DNA of 39,693 bases from a virus (lineage: Duplodnaviria > Caudoviricetes). Under the pieces are notes generated by a model, which was not told the DNA's origin, did no database searches, and saw only the letters and a list, made by a program, of their open reading frames with translations. The position numbers and the translations under genes were made by a program. The stretch spans positions 1 to 39,693 of IMG/VR virus record IMGVR_UViG_3300023196_000438. One strand, written 5' to 3'. This document shows, piece by piece, positions 33,401 through 39,693 of the stretch (the stretch's first letter is position 1; the number at the start of each line of letters is the position of its first letter).

Positions 33401-36400
33401 ATTCCCGCGCATTATCAAATCCAGCAGTTGCGTCATCGATCTGACCTTGCGTCAAAGTGCGCAGCTTGTCGATCGACCCTGTGCCATTCAGGTCACGAAT
33501 GAATGCATACGGCGGCACCGGCACCTCGTCCGATCCCAGCGCGTAGGCCATCATCTTTGACCATTGCTCAGGCGTGGCCGTCGCGTTTGGAAACTCGCGC
33601 ATGATCGCGTCGATTTGATCGATCTGCTTTTGTGCGTTGGCATTGGTGGTGCCAGTCATGATCAGCGGCTTATCCGGAATCGTTGCATTGCCGGTGATCT
33701 TGACGCGCAATGCAGGCCAGAATCCAAGTCGGTTGCGATCCTCTACGCCTGCGCCGGGATTGTTTGCGCCGGGTTCCCCGCCAATAGTTTGCTTCAGAAT
33801 GTTTGGGGATTCTGTAGGTACTTGATTGAATACTGACTTAATTTGAGATGGGCTTCCCAATACAACCCAGTTACCGCCACCCATGTTGATGCCGTCATAT
33901 CCTTTGGCACGAATCTCATCAAATAATTGGCCTTGAGCTTTTTTGTAATTTTCTACGTTAATACGAGAAAGTTCTTCTTCGGTTATTTGATACGGATTTT
34001 TAATGTTTAGGTATACAGGAATTACACGCGATGCAGTATTTATCGAAACTAATCCACCGTTTTCCCATCGGTATCCCATGCTGTCATTTTCAATTGCGTA
34101 ATTTGATGCAACAGATGGGTCTGTACTAAACCATGTCCCATTTTTTGGAACATTAAATTTTGTAAAATCTTTATCTTTTGATGTGCCTGTAAAAACACGA
34201 ATTGGTTTTCCTGATTCGTCAACAACTTTACTTTCAGCAAAAAATTGCTGAAACTCTGGCGTAGTAGTATCTAAATCCTGCATAAATACTTCTTGGCCAG
34301 CAATTGGCTGCGACACAATGTTTAGGCCACGCTGCTCGTAAAACTCCTGTGGCGTTATACCGAGCTGAGCTGCACGAGTTGCAAAGCGCGCCGCGGCTAT
34401 GGTCGCATTGACTTCGTTGACCGATGATGTAAAGCGGTTTGCCTGATTGAGCTGATCAAAAATGCTTTGCTTGACTGCTTCGCGGCTTTCGTAAAACGAC
34501 TGACGCTTTTCTTGATCAGCAATTAGCGCTTCCATCTCGCGCTGCAATTCAACGTCTTGCTCCTGCGACATAACCTTTGCTTCGTTCAGCGTCATATCAG
34601 AATCATTCATGCGAGCTGCCGCAATGATTTCTTCTGATCTTGCTGACTGCGAAAACACAGCCAGAAAGTCACCCATCTTAATTTCAACGTCAGTTTGTTG
34701 ATCAATAGCCTGACGAATTTGGCCGGCATAGTCTTGATTCAATGATTGCAATGTATTAAATTCTTCATCAGTGCTAAGGTCCATCAGCTCATTGACATTG
34801 ATTGTCACTGATGCGTCAGGGTTTGCCTGATTAAAAACTTGCGCAATGGCTTCTTTACCTTCATCGCCAAGCTTTGCGGCTTCCATGTTTTTAACCTGAT
34901 TCATTGCGTTGCGCATGGTGTCAGCATTTACTGCTGCAGTAATAATTCCTTCGCTCTGCTCTGCACGTTTTTGCTCGTACCTTGCGCGCATGCCAGAATA
35001 ATTTGACCATGCTTCAGGAACAGCCGTTGGCAATTCACCAATAGCCTCAAGCCAAATATCGCCCCATTTTAATTTTTCTTCTCCGCTTACCATTTGTGCC
35101 GTTGCTTCACCAACAGCACCGCCAGTCATTTGAACTCCAGCTTCTGCACCAACAGCGCCAGCGGTGGCCAACCTTCCTCTTCCGCTAAATGCAGCCAATA
35201 TTTTTCCGGCAAAGCCAGCAGTTGCCGCATCAAACAAAGCAATAGGAATACCTCGCTGCAATCCTTTGTTTCTTGCTTTATCCATCAATTCTTTGTTTTC
35301 TAATCCCCTTCGAATAGACCCAACATCATTCATGTTTACTTTGTTTTCTTGCATTACTTCTTGTAATGTCGATCCAAATTCAATGGCAAAACTTGTTAAT
35401 CCTGCGCCAGTAGCTGTACCTAGTGGGCCTAAAACAGATAATCCAACAGTCACAGCCAGCCCCGGCGTAACAGCACCAATCGATTTTTGAATTGCGTATG
35501 CTGTTGCTACTGGATTTCTGACAATTGCAGCCAACGATTCAAAAGGGCCATCGGCCTCTTGTATTTCTCGAAGCCCGTCTTCCGCTGCCAATGGAATTGG
35601 AAATTTTTCGACTTCTCTTTGTTGTTGCTGAATACGAGCAGCACGAACAGCATTTGGAGAATAGGTAAGCCCTTCGGCTTCCCATGCAGCAGCAATGTCA
35701 CGGTTGACACCGCTAAACACATCAAGCCGGTCAAGGCCCATGCCAAGCGCTTGCTTACCTTCATGATAGCCGCGCAAGAAAACATCGTATTGCCTGCCTT
35801 CAAGCAGGTCTTTTGCAAATTGTTTGTAATCACCGCGAGCAATCGTCCTATCCATTGGACGAGCCTCACCTCTGGTCATTATGTCATCCCATTGGAATTG
35901 AGCGGCCTTTAATTCTTTGACTGAATCGACAAAATCTCTTTCTGCATTGACAGGAAAATCAGATGCGCTTGGACGTTTTGTAAATACTTGCTTTTTGTTT
36001 TTAACATCTAACTTAATGCCAAGGCGCGCACCATTGACAACACTGTCAATAATGCTCATATCATTTTGAATCAGGCCATACTTCTCAGGGTTCTTTTCTA
36101 CGAACGGCCACAGCTCAGGATTCTTTGCAAGGTATCTTTGCTTTTCTTGAATGTCAGTGATTGATTTGAAATAATTCAAATCATTGCCAACAACTTCAGC
36201 AGGAATGTCAGTTTTTTTACTTACGCGAATTGACTCGGCATAATCAGACGGCGTTTTGTCTGCCGTGTAATTAACTACCGCAGCCTGACTTGATTTGTAC
36301 TGATCAATTGCAGAATCAAACTTTCCAACGGTAGACTTAGCAGGGTCTATTGTCGGAGTTTTGCGACGCTTCTCATCAAATACTGTATCAATTGCGCTTG

Positions 36401-36413
36401 TAAAATCAGTCAT
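27411..36413 (-). CDS. Giant internal virion (DNA ejection) protein, polyvalent type (3000 aa)
   Basis: T7 gp16-equivalent position; Gly/Ala-rich hydrophobic segments, two ART-like regions, an HhH-GPD-like region, and the zincin motif HELAH (31380-31394). Confidence 0.85.
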   Translation of the reverse strand: MTDFTSAIDTVFDEKRRKTPTIDPAKSTVGKFDSAIDQYKSSQAAVVNYTADKTPSDYAESIRVSKKTDIPAEVVGNDLNYFKSITDIQEKQRYLAKNPELWPFVEKNPEKYGLIQNDMSIIDSVVNGARLGIKLDVKNKKQVFTKRPSASDFPVNAERDFVDSVKELKAAQFQWDDIMTRGEARPMDRTIARGDYKQFAKDLLEGRQYDVFLRGYHEGKQALGMGLDRLDVFSGVNRDIAAAWEAEGLTYSPNAVRAARIQQQQREVEKFPIPLAAEDGLREIQEADGPFESLAAIVRNPVATAYAIQKSIGAVTPGLAVTVGLSVLGPLGTATGAGLTSFAIEFGSTLQEVMQENKVNMNDVGSIRRGLENKELMDKARNKGLQRGIPIALFDAATAGFAGKILAAFSGRGRLATAGAVGAEAGVQMTGGAVGEATAQMVSGEEKLKWGDIWLEAIGELPTAVPEAWSNYSGMRARYEQKRAEQSEGIITAAVNADTMRNAMNQVKNMEAAKLGDEGKEAIAQVFNQANPDASVTINVNELMDLSTDEEFNTLQSLNQDYAGQIRQAIDQQTDVEIKMGDFLAVFSQSARSEEIIAAARMNDSDMTLNEAKVMSQEQDVELQREMEALIADQEKRQSFYESREAVKQSIFDQLNQANRFTSSVNEVNATIAAARFATRAAQLGITPQEFYEQRGLNIVSQPIAGQEVFMQDLDTTTPEFQQFFAESKVVDESGKPIRVFTGTSKDKDFTKFNVPKNGTWFSTDPSVASNYAIENDSMGYRWENGGLVSINTASRVIPVYLNIKNPYQITEEELSRINVENYKKAQGQLFDEIRAKGYDGINMGGGNWVVLGSPSQIKSVFNQVPTESPNILKQTIGGEPGANNPGAGVEDRNRLGFWPALRVKITGNATIPDKPLIMTGTTNANAQKQIDQIDAIMREFPNATATPEQWSKMMAYALGSDEVPVPPYAFIRDLNGTGSIDKLRTLTQGQIDDATAGFDNAREFRRAYTAGELSVETTGKLFLWSFLSRGVSPYTQEALFIDSFNGANEWIAKAARGEFTQADFPEYEAWAKSVAPKGSGQPGAGATHNLNAFGQDFLFKMSKIGKDGKSHLQRLHDMMSDPNQTGKQIRREFATFGEGVGIDNKVVSFTLLVAGFNDVMVLDRVQIRQLWDDGKFAGVNLYDGSKGPDGKKLAGSSLNSLAEGARGILVYEAIERGLEAKIGQIYTDLGRPQDASIGRYHWETWVADSQQEAAHGSLGAILADAKGDDQAIAKVHAKQGEYGAYEYGALYNRDVTSTPWFGYETPTGNNYSFSVPAFRAFLEDIKRPATGVVPKKFKVTESGNAPWYTRPEVNQQRLDERAAYWADLAGGTGEGRSVVEQAVQAAQPDGARPQPGDGEFFQSGGNGVQRLRTSDLNVAARYGTPRDGATTVVGVHYSSLPRNTLSGQFYGTGLKGAEAGRLGQATDNRLSNRIHFYVDTGSGIAPEAGVGGNVHAVNLQNLYNIEEDALGLRAEASAAGRDPKNLWFNNVESAVLDAGFDGIYIPSAQGIQGVAVLLGPQNVGVPVDQLGTHSVPAAGMYQPPSTGKRRISLLPDEIQAFNDQEAQIKESAPSAFIRNGNLVFDEADTQAITDFFPAAANAKVLMQNARGTFNPRTNTITLMRDANLSTFAHELAHFFFEDDILLASELMGKENLTIGEQQIINDVSKLMSWHGIQGNAIEQIQQYLNMDFEEKRAYHERTAESFERYMFSGKAPSIELQPYFQRFRSWMISVYNSIKEFLISNPEAGKLNAEVREVFDRMLATNDQIELAQQNRSMMPLFESAQEAGMTTEEFARYQDENSAASAEAMDDLTAKTLQDMKWMENAKGRELRRLQKEASALRAEMKIEARRQILSQPVYQAWQFLTGKPQQPTVDLTEYQLEVAEWERKKAEALDKARIEIRTKLWAESTESKKTYDTTKSAGLAKGQFLSKHRKDVELDVSKFALEYDRKNPKPTKPDVPTTIEEMGEVVYGKLNTAGLAALEIPEEITGFLKTLRMVATDGIDPDMLATQFGFSSGDEMVRTLAAAEKPQIAIDRLTDQLMLEQYGEYATPEALAMAADMAIHNEARARFIATEMAAIAKAAGKPRVLANAAKNYARQIIDRMKIIDVRPVKYASAEARAAKAAEKAMIAGKTQEVYAEKRNQMLNNQTAKAAYEAVDEIQKGVRYLKKFDSEGVRKSIDIDYQDQIDTLLERFNLSSGQSRRSIEKRKQLKDWLDSQEEMGIEVDVPVKLKNEALRQSYKELTVEEFRGLVDMIKQVEHLGRLKQRLLTQAEDRRFADIITEMVTSVEANAGNKKAVNRTRDTLPSRITALFNGYTASHRKVASLARELDGFKDGGSVWNYLIRTMNDAGNREATMRAEATQKMAKLIKPIMKLGKMGGNGKFFPTLGQSFNRGERIIMVANMGNAGNMQRLLDGNGWTREQVQPIIDSLSDQELKFVQEIWDFFESYRPMIAEKERRVMGKEPDWVEPVPLNTKAWTLRGGYFPIVYDPKMSGRAEQQSDAEAAKQQLRGAFVAATTRRSFVKSRAEAVMDRPLLLTWDGLFRGVNEVIHDLTWHEWVIDANRIIKNAELDDAVRSRYGSDVIQQFKASIRDIAAGESASLQPIEKGLNYLRAGSAIAGLGFNIMNAFLQPLGLTQSIVRIGPKWVAMGIGKWAKSPIGMVKDVWSKSEFMANRHKTQQREMNEIQSVVTGKGPIRQKIDTLMFVPMISLQLIADMPTWWGAYQKALTDVNVDMTEEAIEKRAIALADQAVLDSQSGGQIKDLAQVQRGGATLKLFTVFYGYFSASYNLGVERTKATNFRKPLDIMHLGWDYLMLFVVPSVLSMLLKEALQPGEADDEEELANKLIGEQISYMMNMMVGLREAVGAAQYMTGTKQFDSAYGGPAGLRFFQELDKLGKQIGQGEIDRAFTRSAINVLGITAHLPSAQMNRTFDGIIAISEDQTENPMALLMGIKK

Positions 36414-38190
36414 TTTGGCCTACGTAAGTATTGTAGATATTGATAATCTCAGCATCGCTTGCCTGAATTTTTTTATCAGCCAATGTTTGTCTAAGCTCAC
36501 TCAACAAATTACTTGGTATATCTTTAATTGTCTTTGCCTTTTCAAGCTCAAATCTACGTGCTTTAGATTTAATACCAATAAACTCGCCGGTTGTGTATTG
36601 TTTTTGAGCTTCTCTAATAATTGCATTTAATTGCTTGGCGTCAGGTTGACGGCCGTTATTGTTTGCAATAAACGTATCCACCTCATTGTTTACAATTTTC
36701 GTAAACCGAGCCTTTTTAGTCTTGTTTTTTCCAATATTTAAAAGGTCTGATTCAACATCAATCCTTGCGTTGAGCGTAGTTGATTGCTTTTCTGCTTGAG
36801 GATTTAAATTAAAGTCTGACTGTTTCTTGGCGAAATATTTCCAATCTTCTGGTGAAAGTTTTGTTCGCCAATTGTTCAAATCCATAGTCATAAATGCTTT
36901 TGGATTTGTACTCATGTACGTATTCAAATCATAAAAAGCAGCGCCCTCACGTTCCTGACGCTTCTCTTTTTCTATTTCTCTAATTTCCCTGCGGCGTTCT
37001 CTGGCCTCTGATCTGGACTGGCTTGCTTCTGTTTTGGCTTGACGAACATTAGTTTCAATATATTGTTCAAGGTTTCTGTATGTATCAGAATCGTTTTCAC
37101 GCAACCATTCTTTGGTTGTATTTGGCAAAGCGCCCCATGTGGTTTGAGACTTGTAGACAACTGACCAAGCTTCGTCAGAAAATTTCTTTCTTATTGATTC
37201 ATTTTGCGTTTTCAAGCTTTGCTCAAGCTGCTCGTATACCTGCAACGCAGTCTTTTGCTGGTCGCCAGAATACTTTTTCATAATGTCTAAACGCAGATCG
37301 GCAATGGCTTGCTTGCCGTCTTTTTTCTTTAGCGCATCTGTAAACTGTGTTTCAACCCAGCCTTCTGCCTCTGCCTCTTGCGCCACCTTTGTGGCCATGC
37401 CTTTAAACTTACTTTTGAACTCATCGTTTGTGATGAAATCTTTGACTTTATCAAAGTATGCAGGCGCAGCAGTTGGGTTGGTATTAATGATGTTTGCCAT
37501 TCGGTCCATGTAAACCGTTGACAACTCTTCCTGCTCCAGCTGCTTGTAAACATCAGAGTTTTCGCTGTAGCCCAAAAGCTCTGCTCGTTTTTTTAAATTT
37601 TCTACAAGGCTTTTTTTACTGTTTTCAAACTCAAGCCCGTCAAATACTTTTCCATCTTTGACTGAGAATGGCGAGTTTGATGCAGTGTTGCTCAGCATTT
37701 TGCCAAGCGCTTTGTTATTGTTAACACGTACCTGCTGTTTTTGATCTGCCTCGTATGTGGAAAACTTTGCAATCGTCGCAAGGCCAATTTCATTTGCTTT
37801 GTTCTGAAAGCGCTTTACTAAACGTGATTGCTTGTCACCGCCAAATTGCTGTACAAATTCATCAACTTTTTTGTAATAGTTGCTCGTAAAATCAGAAGTA
37901 ATGTTATTGGCATTTTCGCCAACACGGCCAGCATTTTCAGTTTGAAAGTCGACAATAAACCTGCGCAGATCAAGTTCTGTCTTATCAAGCACAGACTGCT
38001 CTTCAACTTCTTTTTGCTTTTCAGCAATGCGCATTAAATTAGCGCCAAGATTGGTTTTTGCTTGACCACCTTCTTCAATTTGTTTGCCGGCAAAATCGCG
38101 CATGGGCTCAACGCCCGGAGCCTGAAATGCAGGCAACTGCCCGACATTAGGATTGACTTGCGGTTGATCGTATACAGGTACGGTTGCCAT
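36406..38190 (-). CDS. Internal virion/ejection protein (gp15-equivalent position, 594 aa)
   Basis: MATVPVYDQPQV N-terminus, all-helical charged body, between the small and giant ejection genes. Confidence 0.75.
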   Translation of the reverse strand: MATVPVYDQPQVNPNVGQLPAFQAPGVEPMRDFAGKQIEEGGQAKTNLGANLMRIAEKQKEVEEQSVLDKTELDLRRFIVDFQTENAGRVGENANNITSDFTSNYYKKVDEFVQQFGGDKQSRLVKRFQNKANEIGLATIAKFSTYEADQKQQVRVNNNKALGKMLSNTASNSPFSVKDGKVFDGLEFENSKKSLVENLKKRAELLGYSENSDVYKQLEQEELSTVYMDRMANIINTNPTAAPAYFDKVKDFITNDEFKSKFKGMATKVAQEAEAEGWVETQFTDALKKKDGKQAIADLRLDIMKKYSGDQQKTALQVYEQLEQSLKTQNESIRKKFSDEAWSVVYKSQTTWGALPNTTKEWLRENDSDTYRNLEQYIETNVRQAKTEASQSRSEARERRREIREIEKEKRQEREGAAFYDLNTYMSTNPKAFMTMDLNNWRTKLSPEDWKYFAKKQSDFNLNPQAEKQSTTLNARIDVESDLLNIGKNKTKKARFTKIVNNEVDTFIANNNGRQPDAKQLNAIIREAQKQYTTGEFIGIKSKARRFELEKAKTIKDIPSNLLSELRQTLADKKIQASDAEIINIYNTYVGQND

Positions 38191-38876
38191 TATGGTCCCA
38201 CCTTATTCTTTAAGAACCACGACGCAGCCAAAGTGTTCGATGACTGGCCAAGCGATGTCATTACAGCGCTGAACGGGCTGATGCTTGCCGCTGTGCCGCG
38301 CAGGTTTTCTGACGATACGCCTTGCTGCATGGCTTGGTTCATGTAGTTGATTGATTGTGTTCGAGCCGCCTCAGATGATTTGATGGCGTTTGCGTAGATT
38401 GTCAGCGCGTCCATTTCGGCCACCAGATCAGTCGTAGCTACCACCTCAGCTGTTGATCCGACGCCAAGCTTGATGCCGCGAGCAGCCATGCTAGCTTTTG
38501 ATGCGCTCTTAATTTTGCCGGCTCGCATCTTAAGCATGCTGATCTCTTTGCCGCCCACATCGACAATCTGCTGGGCCATGAACTCAGCCTGCCGGGCATT
38601 GATTTCCGACATGCTCTTTTGGAAGTCCATGGTCAGCGCCTGCGACTTGTACTGGTACTGGGCAGACTTGGCTTGGTAGTACGACCCGACTGCTGATTGC
38701 ACTGCGCCAGCTGCAAACAAGATCGGTGCGGCTTTCTGCATGCCTGCGTTAAATTTTGGCGATGGCGTGAACACATCTGCCAAAAATGTCGCGCCACGCT
38801 GGAACATTCCCGGCTGTTGACTTTCGGTCACTGGCGCTTGATTGCTTGGATTGTATGCTGAAACCCATTGATTCAT
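38190..38876 (-). CDS. Internal virion/ejection protein (gp14-equivalent position, 228 aa)
   Basis: Ala/Gln/Ser-rich with MAARGIKLGVGS; follows the nozzle gene. Confidence 0.75.
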   Translation of the reverse strand: MNQWVSAYNPSNQAPVTESQQPGMFQRGATFLADVFTPSPKFNAGMQKAAPILFAAGAVQSAVGSYYQAKSAQYQYKSQALTMDFQKSMSEINARQAEFMAQQIVDVGGKEISMLKMRAGKIKSASKASMAARGIKLGVGSTAEVVATTDLVAEMDALTIYANAIKSSEAARTQSINYMNQAMQQGVSSENLRGTAASISPFSAVMTSLGQSSNTLAASWFLKNKVGP

Positions 38877-38900
38877 TGTTGATCTCCAATCAATGCACGA

Positions 38901-38932
38901 ACATTATCGATAGCTCGGCGTTTTACGGGCAC
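38901..38932 (-). promoter_or_regulatory. Putative late promoter, copy 4 (GTGCCCGTAA-N16-TAATGT)
   Basis: One nt after the nozzle stop codon, upstream of the ejection protein operon. Confidence 0.75.
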
Positions 38933-38933
38933 A

Positions 38934-39693
38934 TTATCCGCCAATCGAGGCTTCGAATGAAAGGTTGATAATGGTCAGTGGCAGCGGGTCTTGCTGGCGC
39001 ACGTACACTTGACCACCGTCGGTCCAGTCTGGCGTCAGATTGACCTCAATATCTTGAGACTTGAGCGATGGCGGCGAGCCGTAAGGTTCGCTGGTTCTTT
39101 GCTTTGCCTCAATCAGGTTGTCCTCATCAGGGCCAATAAAGATGCCGGATGAGCGGTACACGCGCATCGTGACCTTGCTGACGTTTTTGCTTCGACCCTG
39201 ACCAAATGCTCCATCGATCTGCATGAACATTGGCAGGGTTTGCAGGTCTGACTCATACGGCAAGCCGATCTGGATGACGCTGCCGGGCTGCTCCAAAGAT
39301 ATGGCACCAGATGTCACCGTGCGCCGTGGGTGGACCGCACCATCAATCAGAATGCTGACTTCTTTGCCTTCGATCCATGTCAGGCCGCTGATGCTGTTTC
39401 TGGCAAATGAGTATGCAGACACAGCAACACTACGGAATTCGGTCGCCAGCGTTCGATTGACGCGCGCTGTGGCCACTGTCGACGAGGTGGTGCCGGTGAT
39501 GGTCAGCAGGTATTTGACGCCGTCAGAGCCCGTCAAAACGATCTGGTCGCCCACATCCGAGGTGCCGGGATAGCTGAATATGCCGGTCGACGCCGTAATG
39601 GTCAGCGTATCAGCAGGGGTCCAGCCTGCGCCAGTGGTCACCGTTACGGTCGTGGCCGTGGTGTTGGCCCCGTTGTATGTTGCTCCGCAGTCA
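38934..39693 (-). CDS. Tail tubular protein B / nozzle, 3' part
   Basis: Open to the right edge: DCGATYNG...GLTWIEGKEVSILIDGAVHP...IGLPYES...VRQQDPLPLTI; same frame as 1..1577 when the ends are joined. Confidence 0.88.
   Translation of the reverse strand, partial: DCGATYNGANTTATTVTVTTGAGWTPADTLTITASTGIFSYPGTSDVGDQIVLTGSDGVKYLLTITGTTSSTVATARVNRTLATEFRSVAVSAYSFARNSISGLTWIEGKEVSILIDGAVHPRRTVTSGAISLEQPGSVIQIGLPYESDLQTLPMFMQIDGAFGQGRSKNVSKVTMRVYRSSGIFIGPDEDNLIEAKQRTSEPYGSPPSLKSQDIEVNLTPDWTDGGQVYVRQQDPLPLTIINLSFEASIGG

Noticed and set aside
27513-36630. Many plus-strand ORFs of 60-229 aa opposite the giant gene
   Set aside because: Antisense shadows with no RBS or recognisable motifs.

Overview
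The window is essentially one whole ~39.7 kb tailed-phage genome, opened inside the tail nozzle gene (1..1577 continues at 38934..39693). It is a short-tailed podovirus with a Bordetella BPP-1/T7-like virion module: TerS, TerL, GNAT, portal, scaffold, major capsid, cement, adaptor, nozzle, three ejection proteins (one a 3000-aa polyvalent protein) and two tail fibre/RBP genes. Lysis genes are a GH19 endolysin, a holin and embedded Rz/Rz1. The early region is lambdoid-like: Cro-like HTH, RusA, SSB, MazG, a DUF1376/YdaU-type initiator with an internal iteron origin, a P-like loader, and a divergent YqaJ exonuclease/RecT/Xis-like operon. I saw no integrase, DNA or RNA polymerase, tRNA or CRISPR array. 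The spanins imply a Gram-negative host; a betaproteobacterium is a guess. The most notable signals are: (1) four copies of a phage-specific late promoter GTGCCCGTA(A/T)-N16-TAnnnT, with a candidate HTH activator coupled to a 14-aa basic peptide; (2) an HhH-GPD/OGG-like DNA glycosylase domain between two ART-like domains and a zincin peptidase in the injected giant protein; (3) a covarying TGACA-stem-GAAAGA hairpin repeated on both sides of a secreted 8-Cys miniprotein gene, with a structured leader; (4) an A-x-x-L-Y motif shared by the scaffold tail and three small head-region proteins. All family calls come from motif recognition by eye, not database searches.
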